Shown piece after piece: positions 30,272 through 39,081 of a stretch of DNA of 64,000 bases. The notes under the pieces are model-generated. The model was given only the letters and a program-made list of their open reading frames with translations. It was not told where the DNA came from and searched no databases. A program made the translations under genes and the position numbers. The stretch spans positions 4,608,001 to 4,672,000 of the forward strand of contig OZ220089.1 in the NCBI GenBank assembly GCA_964291625.2. The letters are read 5' to 3'. The number at the start of each line of letters is the position of its first letter. The first letter of the stretch is position 1. Origin of the DNA: Candidatus Latescibacterota bacterium. GTDB lineage: Bacteria > Latescibacterota > UBA2968 > UBA8231.

Positions 30272-31462
30272 ATGGCTCTCACTTCGAGCCAGCTCCTCGA
30301 AGAGGTCAAGAAGTCGATCACCGAGGTCACCGCCGAGGAGGTCAAGCGGTCCCTGAACAGCGGTGAGATCCGGCACGTCGTCGACGTGCGCGAACGCGAC
30401 GAGGTCATGGACGGCTACATCCCCGGCTCGCACCTCATCCCCCGGGGATTCCTCGAGCTCAACGTCGAGGAGGAGGTCACCCTGGACCGGGAGGAGCCGA
30501 TCGTCCTCTACTGCGCCGGCGGCAACCGCTCGGCCCTGGCCGCGCGCGACCTCGTGGCCATGGGCTATGCCCGGGTGAGTTCCATGGTCGGCGGCATCAA
30601 GGGGTGGAAGGACGCGGGATACGGCATCGAGCAGGACGGCCTCCTGTCCGACGAGGACCTGCAGCGCTACTCGCGGCACATCATCCTGCCCGAGGTCGGC
30701 GAGCGCGGCCAGCAGGAGCTGCTCAAGGCGAAGGTGCTCCTCATCGGGGCCGGAGGCCTCGGCTGCCCGACGGCCCTCTACCTGGCCGCGGCCGGGGTCG
30801 GCACCGTCGGCCTGGTCGACGCCGATGTCGTCGACCGGAGCAACCTGCAGCGGCAGGTCCTCTTCGGGGAAGACGTTCTCGGCCAGCCGAAAGTCGAGGC
30901 CGCCCGCGACCGGCTGCTGAAGCTGAACCCCGGCATCCGCGTTGAGGCCCACCAGGAGCTCATGACCTCCGCCAATGCCATGGACCTCATCGGCGGCTAC
31001 GACATCATCGTCAACGGCTGTGACAACTTCCCCACGCGGTACCTGGTCAACGACGCGGCCGTCATCTCCGGCAAGCCGGTCGTCGACGGCAGCATCTTCC
31101 GCTTCGAGGGTCAGGCGACGGTCTACCACCCCGCCGCGGGCGGACCCTGCTACCGCTGCCTCTATCCCGAACCGCCGCCTCCCGGCGAGGTGCCCAGTTG
31201 CGCCGAAGGCGGAGTTCTCGGCGTGCTGCCCGGAACCGTCGCCATGATCCAGGCCACGGAGGTCGTCAAGCTCGTCATCGGACAGGGCTCCCCCCTCGTG
31301 GGCCGGTTGATCCTGTACGACGCCCTCGACATGAGGTTCCGCGAGATGAAGCTGCGCCGGAACGCGGCCTGCCCCGTGTGCGGCGACGACCCCACCGTCA
31401 AGGAGCTGATCGACTACGACCAGTTCTGCGGTCTCCCGGGCCACAGCGAGGCGGCTGGCTGA
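30272..31462 (+). CDS. moeB: Rhodanese-MoeB/ThiF adenylyltransferase (MoeZ-like, N-terminal rhodanese)
   Basis: YCAGGNRS rhodanese loop; RYSRH, GAGGLG, SNLQRQ, CYRC, CPVC. Confidence 0.9.
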   Translation: MALTSSQLLEEVKKSITEVTAEEVKRSLNSGEIRHVVDVRERDEVMDGYIPGSHLIPRGFLELNVEEEVTLDREEPIVLYCAGGNRSALAARDLVAMGYARVSSMVGGIKGWKDAGYGIEQDGLLSDEDLQRYSRHIILPEVGERGQQELLKAKVLLIGAGGLGCPTALYLAAAGVGTVGLVDADVVDRSNLQRQVLFGEDVLGQPKVEAARDRLLKLNPGIRVEAHQELMTSANAMDLIGGYDIIVNGCDNFPTRYLVNDAAVISGKPVVDGSIFRFEGQATVYHPAAGGPCYRCLYPEPPPPGEVPSCAEGGVLGVLPGTVAMIQATEVVKLVIGQGSPLVGRLILYDALDMRFREMKLRRNAACPVCGDDPTVKELIDYDQFCGLPGHSEAAG

Positions 31463-31489
31463 GGCATCGGCCGCCTCGGCCGCCTTCCG

Positions 31490-32104
31490 ATGATCATGGC
31501 GCCGCCCGCCGGCGTCGACTCCCTCCTCATCGGTCTCGACGAGGAGACCGGCCAGGATCCGGTTCTCGACCTGGCGGCGCAGTTCGGAAACCCCCGCCCC
31601 GTGGAGCTCGAGCTCGGGATCGGCAAGGGGCGCTTTCTCCTCGACGCCGCCCTGCGCAACCCGGGGGTGAACTACATCGGTGTTGAGCAGGCGTCGAAGT
31701 ACCTTCGCCTCGCCCATGCCAGGGCCCTGCGCCGGGGCTGCGCCAACCTCCGCTTCGTCCACGGTGACGCCAGGGAGTTTGTCGAGTTCTTCCTCGCCGC
31801 CGCCTCGATCAGCGCCATTCACGTCTATTTCCCCGACCCGTGGCCGAAGAAACGGCATCACAAGCGGCGGCTGCTCGACGAGGCCTTTCTCGTGGAGGCG
31901 GAGAGAATCCTCATCCCCGGCGGGCGGCTCTGGATCGCAACCGACCACGATGGCTACTTCGAAGCGATCCTCGAGGCCCTCGACCCGTTCAACAGCCTCC
32001 TGCTTCCCGTGGAGGCGGTTTGGGAAGGCGCGACCACGAACTACGAGGACAAGTTCGTGGGCCAGGGCCGACCGATCCACCGCCGCGTCCTCGAGAAGCC
32101 CTGA
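31490..32104 (+). CDS. trmB: tRNA (guanine-N7)-methyltransferase
   Basis: ELGIGKG, FPDPWPKKRH.KRR, ATD, TNYE.K. Confidence 0.92.
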   Translation: MIMAPPAGVDSLLIGLDEETGQDPVLDLAAQFGNPRPVELELGIGKGRFLLDAALRNPGVNYIGVEQASKYLRLAHARALRRGCANLRFVHGDAREFVEFFLAAASISAIHVYFPDPWPKKRHHKRRLLDEAFLVEAERILIPGGRLWIATDHDGYFEAILEALDPFNSLLLPVEAVWEGATTNYEDKFVGQGRPIHRRVLEKP

Positions 32105-32249
32105 CCGCCGGCCAACCCTCTCCCGCGCGCCTCTGCCCCGGGCGTCCGAGGAGGGCGGGATAATCCCTCCCGTATCCTGGCTCAACTGAATAATTAACAG
32201 CAAGTTAGATTCTCCCACGGGGGACTGCCCCGCGGGGTCGGATTTGTTC

Positions 32250-32279
32250 TTGACATACCCTGCGTGGGGAAGGTATACT
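32250..32279 (+). promoter_or_regulatory. dcw (mra) promoter
   Basis: TTGACA-N18-TATACT in an AT-richer intergenic region. Confidence 0.7.
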
Positions 32280-32287
32280 ATGCCGGG

Positions 32288-32318
32288 GTGGAAAATGGTG
32301 TAATGTGGAGCTTAATGG
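32288..32318 (+). promoter_or_regulatory. Putative MraZ-binding repeats
   Basis: (A/G)TGG at 32295, 32305 and 32315 (10-bp period) plus GTGG at 32288, resembling GTGG-N6 MraZ boxes. Confidence 0.6.
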
Positions 32319-32350
32319 TTCTTCCGGTTCAATGACCTTCGAGGAGCCCC

Positions 32351-32794
32351 GTGAGCGCTCAATTCCTTGGAGAGTACGAGGTCCCCGTCGACGACAAGGG
32401 CCGGATCTTCCTGCCCGCCGAGTTGCGGCGGAATCTCGAGCCGGAGGCGGACGACACCTTCGTGGTCATTCGGGGCCTGGACGGGTGCCTCACCGGGCAT
32501 CCACGCAACCTGTGGGCCCAGATCGCGGAGAAGATGCTCCAGCTGCCATGGAAGGAGCAGCGGGTCAGACTGTATACGCGGGCCCTCCTGTCCCAGGCGA
32601 CCGAGGTGAGACTCGACCGCCAGGGGCGTGCGTCTCTTCCGAAGAAGCTCCTGGACCGGGCCGGGATCGGCGACCGTCTGGTCGTCATCGGGGCCCTGGA
32701 ACATCTCGAGTTCTGGGAGCCGGAGGCTTGGCAGGGATACCTGTCCCAGGCCGAGCCGACCTTGGAGGAAGTGGCCGAGACGCTGGATCTGTGA
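32351..32794 (+). CDS. mraZ: Transcriptional regulator MraZ
   Basis: D.KGR and D.QGR repeats, first gene of the dcw cluster. Confidence 0.95.
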   Translation: MSAQFLGEYEVPVDDKGRIFLPAELRRNLEPEADDTFVVIRGLDGCLTGHPRNLWAQIAEKMLQLPWKEQRVRLYTRALLSQATEVRLDRQGRASLPKKLLDRAGIGDRLVVIGALEHLEFWEPEAWQGYLSQAEPTLEEVAETLDL

Positions 32795-33760
32795 GTGGCC
32801 TACCACGTGCCGGTCATGGTCGAGGAGGTCGTCACCGGGTTGGCAACGGACCCCTCAGGGGTCTATGTGGACGCAACGGCCGGGGGGGGAGGGCACGCGG
32901 AGGCCCTTCTTCGGGCTCTCGGAGAGAGGGGGCACCTGCTGGTATGCGATCGGGATGCAGCGGCTGTGAACGAGGCGGGCCGCCGGCTCGATCCGTACCG
33001 CGGACGGGTGACCTTTCTCCAGTGCGCGTTTTCCTCCCTCGGCCGGTCGGTGGCCCCACTCCTGGATCGCCTGGAGCGATCCGGAGTGGACGGGGTGCTC
33101 TTCGACCTGGGGGTCAGCTCCCACCAGATCGACGAGCCTGGGCGCGGATTCAGCTATCACCAGGACGGTCCCCTGGACATGCGCATGGACCGAGGAGCCG
33201 GAGAGCCCGCGGACCAACTGCTGGCGCGGGTCCGCGAGGCCGACCTGGTGGAGTTGATCAGAAGAAATGGTGAGGAACGGCAGGCGAGGCGCATCGCGCG
33301 TTCCATCTGCCGTTCCAGGGACGAAGGCCGCATGCAGACGACGGCGCAACTGGCCCGGGCGATCGAATCGACGCGCCCGGAACGACCGACCAAGACCCTC
33401 GCACGGGTGTTCCAGGCCCTGCGAATCGCCGTCAACGACGAGCTGACCGAGCTCGAGAAGGGGCTCCGGGCGGCCGTCGATCTGCTCGCACCGGGCGGCC
33501 GGCTCGCCGTCATCGCTTACCACTCCCTGGAGGACCGGATCGTCAAGCACAGGATGGGCAGCCTGATAAGGGGCTGTGTCTGCCCGCCGGATCTGCCCGC
33601 CTGTGCGTGCGGACGCAGGCCGACGTTCCTGCGCATCGGCCCGCCCCGCCGGCCCGGCGCCGAGGAGCAGGCCGCCAATTCCCGGTCCCGGAGCGCCACC
33701 CTGCGCCTCTTCGAGAAGGTCCCTCGTGTCTCCGGAGGCACCGGAGGAGCCGTCCGGTGA
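32795..33760 (+). CDS. rsmH: 16S rRNA m4C1402 methyltransferase
   Basis: HVPVM, DAT.GGGGH, DLGVSS.Q, PLDMRM, FQALRIAVN.EL, HSLEDR. Confidence 0.96.
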   Translation: MAYHVPVMVEEVVTGLATDPSGVYVDATAGGGGHAEALLRALGERGHLLVCDRDAAAVNEAGRRLDPYRGRVTFLQCAFSSLGRSVAPLLDRLERSGVDGVLFDLGVSSHQIDEPGRGFSYHQDGPLDMRMDRGAGEPADQLLARVREADLVELIRRNGEERQARRIARSICRSRDEGRMQTTAQLARAIESTRPERPTKTLARVFQALRIAVNDELTELEKGLRAAVDLLAPGGRLAVIAYHSLEDRIVKHRMGSLIRGCVCPPDLPACACGRRPTFLRIGPPRRPGAEEQAANSRSRSATLRLFEKVPRVSGGTGGAVR

Positions 33761-34047
33761 GGGCCTGGTTTCAGGGCGACTGGGTCCGGGCGCTGACCGT
33801 GCTCGCCATGGCGGCGGCGACGACGGCCTACGTGTGGATCAAGGTGCAGATCTCGGAACTGGCGCGCGCCTCCGAGGCGGCAGGGACCAGGGCCCAGGAA
33901 CTGGTGGTGGAGAGCTCCCGCCTCGAGGCCTCCCTCGACCGGGCGAGCCGGTCGAGCCTGCTGCGACAGCGGGCCGAAGGCGAGCTCGGAATGACCTATC
34001 CGGACCCGGGAGCCACGGTCGACCTCCTGGTCAGGGCATCGCGATGA
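33757..34047 (+). CDS. ftsL: Cell division protein FtsL-like
   Basis: 96 aa, one TM helix plus coiled coil, ends A..ELGM.YP; lies between rsmH and ftsI with 4-nt overlaps. Confidence 0.75.
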   Translation: MRAWFQGDWVRALTVLAMAAATTAYVWIKVQISELARASEAAGTRAQELVVESSRLEASLDRASRSSLLRQRAEGELGMTYPDPGATVDLLVRASR

Positions 34048-36098
34048 CGAGCCGCGGCTCCCACGACGACGAACGCCGCCCCTTTGCCCTCGGCCGCCAC
34101 CGCCTGCGGTGGGTCCTGCTCGCCGGAGGTCTGATCTGGTCTCTCATCGGCTTGAGGCTTGTGCAGTTGCAGGCGATCGACCACGGCACCTACCAGCTGC
34201 GCGCCCGCAACCAGCATCAGCGGCAGATCCCGCTGAGCGCACGGCGCGGGGCCATCCTCGATCGCCGGGGCCGCGAGCTGGCATTCGACGTCACCGCCGT
34301 CTCCTTCTACTGCCGGCCCGCACAGGTCCGCGATCCCGACGCGGTGATGGCCCACTTCATGCGGTTTGGCCGACGCTCCGTCGACGCGGTGTCCCAGCTG
34401 ATCAGCGGCGGGCACCCCTTCGTCTATCTCCTCCGTCAGGTCGACGGTGAGCGGCTCCACCAGGTCCGCCAGAAGACCTTCGAAGGGGTGTACGAGCAAC
34501 TGGAGGTCCGCCGTCACTATCCCTACGGCCGCTTGGCCGGACAGCTCCTGGGGTTCACCGACATCGAGAACCGGGGCAAGGAGGGGACGGAGCTGGCCTT
34601 AGACGAGATCCTGGCCGAACGGGCCGGGTCCGCCCGATCCTACGTCGACGGCCTGGGGAACGTTCTTCCCGAGCGTTCGCAGCCGACCGCCGCCCCTCGG
34701 CACGGCGCCAGCGTCCATCTGACCATCGACGCCGCCATCCAGGAAATCCTGGAGGAAGAGCTGGCCCGCACCGTGGCTGAGACCCGGGCCGAGGGAGCCC
34801 TCGGCATCATCGTCGATCCACGGTCCGGGGAGATCCTGGCCATGGCCGGCATTCCCCTCTTCGATCCGAACGATCCGGGCGGAGTCCCCGCCAACCACCG
34901 CCGGAACCGTCTGGTCACCGATCCCTTCGAGCCAGGGTCGATCATCAAGCCCATCACCATGGCGGCCGTCCTCGATGCGGACCCGAGGGTCCTCGAGAGG
35001 AAGGTCTACTGCGAGCAGGGCGCCTACGCCCTGTCCATGGGGGACGTCATCCGGGACGTCAAGCCCCACGGCTGGCTGACACCGGCCGACGTGGTCGCCC
35101 AGTCGAGCAACATCGGGGTGATCAAGCTCGCCCAGGGGCTGGATCGGTCGAGCTACTACCAGTCCCTGCGCAGCTTCGGCTTCGGGACCCGGACCGGGAT
35201 CGGCCTTCCGGCGGAGAGCGCCGGGCTGTTGCGGCACGCCCGCGACTGGTCCAACCGCTCCCTGGAGACGATCTCCATCGGCCAGGAGATCAGCGTCACC
35301 GCGGTGCAGATGGTGCAGGCCTTCGGCGCCATCGCCAACGGGGGCATGCTGATGGCGCCGAAGGTGATCCAGGAGGTCCGGGATCCCGCGGGACAGATCC
35401 TGCGGCGGGAGGAACCGAAGCCCGTGCGCCGGGTCCTCTCCTCCAGAACCGCCTCGGTCCTCAAGGGAATGTTGCGGCGGGTGGTCAGCGACGGAACGGG
35501 GCGCAACGCGGCCATCGAAGGGGTCCAGGTGGCGGGCAAGACGGGGACCGCGCAACGCGCCCTTCCGGGGGGCGGCGGCTACGCCCAGGGCGAGTACATC
35601 GCTTCCTTCATCGGCTTCCTTCCGGCTACCGGGCAACCGCGCTACCTCTGCCTGGTCTCCGTGGAGAACCCGCGGCTCGGGAAGTGGGGGGGCGTCGTGG
35701 CGGCGCCCGCCTTCCGGCGCACCATGGAACGGATCCTCGTCCTCGACGGATCGCTGGCACCCGGCGGCATCCGGCCGGGCGCCCTGGCCGACGCCGCGAC
35801 CGAGGTCCCAGGCGAGGTCATGCCCGATTTCAGGGGGCTGGACGTGCCCCGGGTCAGGGTCCAGGCCCGCCGCCGGGATCTCAACCTCCGCTTCGAGGGC
35901 TCCGGCCCGATCGTGGTCGGCCAGGAGCCGGCGCCCAGGTCGCGCCGCACGGAGGCGGACATCCTGTGCCGTCTCGGCAGCCGGGCCGACCTGCTGGCCC
36001 TGGGGCTGCCCGAGGCGCCAATGCGCCAAGCCGTGCTGGTGCGCAAGCTGCAGGGCCCGCAGCTGGTGGCCCTCGCGCCGGGGGAGGGCGGGAGGTGA
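34044..36098 (+). CDS. ftsI: Peptidoglycan transpeptidase FtsI/PBP3 with PASTA-like C-terminus
   Basis: RG.I.DR, EPGSIIKP (SxxK), SSN, KTGT. Confidence 0.93.
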   Translation: MTSRGSHDDERRPFALGRHRLRWVLLAGGLIWSLIGLRLVQLQAIDHGTYQLRARNQHQRQIPLSARRGAILDRRGRELAFDVTAVSFYCRPAQVRDPDAVMAHFMRFGRRSVDAVSQLISGGHPFVYLLRQVDGERLHQVRQKTFEGVYEQLEVRRHYPYGRLAGQLLGFTDIENRGKEGTELALDEILAERAGSARSYVDGLGNVLPERSQPTAAPRHGASVHLTIDAAIQEILEEELARTVAETRAEGALGIIVDPRSGEILAMAGIPLFDPNDPGGVPANHRRNRLVTDPFEPGSIIKPITMAAVLDADPRVLERKVYCEQGAYALSMGDVIRDVKPHGWLTPADVVAQSSNIGVIKLAQGLDRSSYYQSLRSFGFGTRTGIGLPAESAGLLRHARDWSNRSLETISIGQEISVTAVQMVQAFGAIANGGMLMAPKVIQEVRDPAGQILRREEPKPVRRVLSSRTASVLKGMLRRVVSDGTGRNAAIEGVQVAGKTGTAQRALPGGGGYAQGEYIASFIGFLPATGQPRYLCLVSVENPRLGKWGGVVAAPAFRRTMERILVLDGSLAPGGIRPGALADAATEVPGEVMPDFRGLDVPRVRVQARRRDLNLRFEGSGPIVVGQEPAPRSRRTEADILCRLGSRADLLALGLPEAPMRQAVLVRKLQGPQLVALAPGEGGR

Positions 36099-37546
36099 AG
36101 CTTCGCGACCTGATCGGCGCGATCCGGCCCGTCCACATCGGCGGATCCCTCGACGTGGAGATCGAATCGGTCGTCTCCGATTCGCGCCGGGCCGGCCCCG
36201 GAGCCCTGTTCGTGGCCGTTCGCGGCGGACAGGAGATCGACCGCCATTGTTTCGTCGATGATGCCCTCGCCCGCGGGGCTTCGGCGGTAGTGGTCGAGGA
36301 GGACGATGAGAGTCTGCCGTCGGCACGTATCCGCGTCGACGACTGCCGCCAGGCCCTGGCAGCCCTCGCGGCCCGGCTGCACGGCTGTCCGGCCCGATCC
36401 TTCCGGTGGCGCGTCGGGGTTACCGGAACCAACGGCAAGTCGACGACTGCCCTGCTTGTGCGCCACGTCCTGGAGGCCGCAGGGGCGCGCAGCGCCTACA
36501 TCGGGACCCTGGGATTCTCCTGCGGCGAAGGCATGGAGAGCCTCGACAACACCACGCCCGAGGCCGACCGGCTGCAGGCCCTGCTCGCCAGGGCCCGTGA
36601 CGCCGGATGCGACGCTCTGGTCATGGAGGTCTCCTCCCACGGTCTGGCTCTCCGCCGCGTCGACGGGATCGACTACTCGGTGGCCGTGTTTACCAATCTC
36701 ACGCGTGACCACCTCGACTTCCACGGCACCGAGGAGGACTACCTGGCGGCCAAGGCGACTCTCTTCCGGGGTCTCGGCCAGGGAGGGGCGGCGGTGGTGA
36801 ACGCCGATGATCCCCACGCTCCGGAGGTGGCGGCAAGCACTTCGGCCCGGGTGCTCACCTACGGCGAGAGGGGAGAGGACGTACGTCTCGCCAGCTTCGA
36901 CACCCGAGCGGGCTCCACCACCCTTCTGAAGCTGGAGACGCCGGCCGGAGAGTGGTCGGTGGAGACCAGCCTGGCGGGCCGGTTCAACCGCTGCAACGTG
37001 ATGGCCGCCGTCTGCACCGGCGTCGCCCTGGGGATCGATGCCGACGCCGTGCGGTCGGGAATCGCCGCCGTGTCCCAAGTGCCGGGCCGCTTCGAACGCC
37101 TGGACGAGGGCCAGCCCTTCGAAGTCATCGTCGACTACGCTCACACGCCCGCCGGTCTCGACACGGTGCTGCGCACCGCCAGGGAGTTGACGCGGGGCCG
37201 GCTTCTTTGCCTTTTTGGCTGTGGTGGCGACCGCGACAAGGGCAAGCGGCCTCTCATGGGGCGCGTCGCCGAGGATCTGGCCGATCTCGTCTTCCTCACC
37301 TCCGACAACCCGCGGGGGGAGCCGCCCGAGGAGATCATCGATCAGATCGTCGCCGGCATGCGCGAAGCCGACTCCGCCGTGGTTTGTCCGGATCGGCGCG
37401 CCGCCATCGATGCAGCCCTGCAAGAGGCCGGCGATGGGGACGTGGTGGTGGTGGCGGGCAAGGGGGACGAACCGTACCAGATCCTGGCCGACGGACCCAC
37501 CGACTTCGACGACCGCCAGGTCGTGCGCCAGGTGCTTCGCAAGTAA
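36095..37546 (+). CDS. murE: UDP-MurNAc-tripeptide synthetase (mDAP type)
   Basis: TGTNGKST, NTTP, MEVSSH, DHLDFH, DYAHTP, DNPR. Confidence 0.96.
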   Translation: MKLRDLIGAIRPVHIGGSLDVEIESVVSDSRRAGPGALFVAVRGGQEIDRHCFVDDALARGASAVVVEEDDESLPSARIRVDDCRQALAALAARLHGCPARSFRWRVGVTGTNGKSTTALLVRHVLEAAGARSAYIGTLGFSCGEGMESLDNTTPEADRLQALLARARDAGCDALVMEVSSHGLALRRVDGIDYSVAVFTNLTRDHLDFHGTEEDYLAAKATLFRGLGQGGAAVVNADDPHAPEVAASTSARVLTYGERGEDVRLASFDTRAGSTTLLKLETPAGEWSVETSLAGRFNRCNVMAAVCTGVALGIDADAVRSGIAAVSQVPGRFERLDEGQPFEVIVDYAHTPAGLDTVLRTARELTRGRLLCLFGCGGDRDKGKRPLMGRVAEDLADLVFLTSDNPRGEPPEEIIDQIVAGMREADSAVVCPDRRAAIDAALQEAGDGDVVVVAGKGDEPYQILADGPTDFDDRQVVRQVLRK

Positions 37547-38931
37547 TGTGGCGCGACATCCACATCGAGGAGGTCCGCACCTGGACGAGGGCGGAGTGGA
37601 GAGGAGGGGAGGATCTCAGGGGGCGGCTGGCGACGGGTGTCTCCACCGACACTCGAACCCTCGAGCCCGGCGAGATCTTCGTGGCCCTGGCGGGCGAGCG
37701 CTTCGATGGCCACGACCACGTCTCCGAGGCCTTCGAGAGGGGCGCGAGTTCGGCCATCGTCGATCGCCGGCGGGTGGATGGTCTCCGGTTGACGGGGCCG
37801 GCCAGGGCGGCTTGTCTGATGGTCGTGGATTCTCCGGTGCGGGCCCTGGGCCGGATGGCCCGCCACTACCGCCGGCGATTCGACCTGCCCGTGGTCGCCA
37901 TCACCGGCTCGTCCGGGAAAACGACGGTCAAGGAGATGGTCGCCGCGGTCCTCGGACGGCGGTTCCGGGTCCTGAAGACACCGGAGAACGAGAACAGCGA
38001 GATCGGTGTGCCCCGGGCCCTGCTGAGACTGTCGGCGGATCACTCCGCCGCGGTCCTCGAGCTCGCGGCGAGGCGGGTGGGGGACATCGAGTATCTGTGC
38101 CGGGTCGTGCAGCCTACGGTCGGGGTTCTGCTGAACATCGGCGCGGCGCACGCCGGTATATTTGGATCTGTAGAGAGAGTGGCCAAGGCCAAAGGGGAGC
38201 TCCTGGACGAAATCGTGGATGAGTCTTACGTGGCTCTCGTAAACGCCGACGACTGTGTCATTGCCAGGGAGGCTAAGAGGACAAAGGGGAGACTCCTTGG
38301 CTTCGGTTGGCGGCGTGAGAGCCATTTCAGTGGGGAGGGACTCTTCCTCGACCAGGAGGGCTGCGGCCACTTCTCTCTACAGAAAACCTCCTTCGATCTC
38401 CGCATCCCGGGGCGGCACAATGCGCACAACGCACTGGCGGCCATCGCATGTGCGCGCATGTGCGGCGTGCCCCTGGGGGAAGCCAGCGCCGCCCTGGGTG
38501 GGTTCCAGCCACTGCACATGCGCTCGGCCATTCTGCAGAGACGGGGAGTGCGGGTGATCGACGACTGTTACAACGCCAACCCCGGCTCGGTCCGGGCCGC
38601 CCTGGATCTGACGGCGGAGATCCCCGTCAAAGGCCGCCGGGTGGCCGTCCTCGGGGACATGATGGAGCTCGGCGAGGCGAGCGAATCCCTTCACGAGGGA
38701 ATCGGCCGCCACGCCGCAGACCGAGTCGATGTTCTGCTGGGCACCGGTTCCCAGAGCGTGTACACGGTGCGTGCGGCCCGGGAGGCGGGGCTGGACCCGC
38801 GCCGGGCTCTTCACTTCGAGGACCGGGGCGAGCTGATCCACCATCTGGAGCAGGAGGTTTCCGAAGGCGATCTGGTTCTCGTCAAGGGCTCTCGCGGCAT
38901 GGCCCTCGAATCGGTCGTCGAGGCTTTGTAG
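37546..38931 (+). CDS. murF: UDP-MurNAc-tripeptide:D-Ala-D-Ala ligase
   Basis: DTR, FDGH, ITGSSGKTTVK, DCYNANP.S, LGDMMELG, KGSRG. Confidence 0.94.
   Translation: MWRDIHIEEVRTWTRAEWRGGEDLRGRLATGVSTDTRTLEPGEIFVALAGERFDGHDHVSEAFERGASSAIVDRRRVDGLRLTGPARAACLMVVDSPVRALGRMARHYRRRFDLPVVAITGSSGKTTVKEMVAAVLGRRFRVLKTPENENSEIGVPRALLRLSADHSAAVLELAARRVGDIEYLCRVVQPTVGVLLNIGAAHAGIFGSVERVAKAKGELLDEIVDESYVALVNADDCVIAREAKRTKGRLLGFGWRRESHFSGEGLFLDQEGCGHFSLQKTSFDLRIPGRHNAHNALAAIACARMCGVPLGEASAALGGFQPLHMRSAILQRRGVRVIDDCYNANPGSVRAALDLTAEIPVKGRRVAVLGDMMELGEASESLHEGIGRHAADRVDVLLGTGSQSVYTVRAAREAGLDPRRALHFEDRGELIHHLEQEVSEGDLVLVKGSRGMALESVVEAL
38167..38383 (+). ncRNA. Candidate structured RNA (long rod) embedded in the murF coding sequence
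   Basis: Nested complementary segments found by eye; outermost is 18 Watson-Crick bp (38167-38184 with 38365-38383); no family recognised. Confidence 0.6.
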
Positions 38932-39081
38932 ATTCCGTCTCCCGGGCCCTGCCGCCGTCCCCTCGGCGGCGCCGTTTGACAGGCAGTCCCCGCGCCATCC
39001 CCTGGCGCGGCCCGAGGTTGGTATCACCCTCCCCCGGCGCGTGGTTTCGCGCCCCCCTTTGTCCTGACGCTGGCTCGAGTC

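Noticed and set aside
38205-38225. Hammerhead-like GAC-GAAA...AUGA-GUC in the murF rod
   Set aside because: No CUGANGA core and too few bases for stems I and III.
38933-39067. MurD remnant (VPSAAPFDR resembling SPAAASFD) in the murF-ftsW gap
   Set aside because: The similarity is too short and is equally explained by a TTGACA promoter element.
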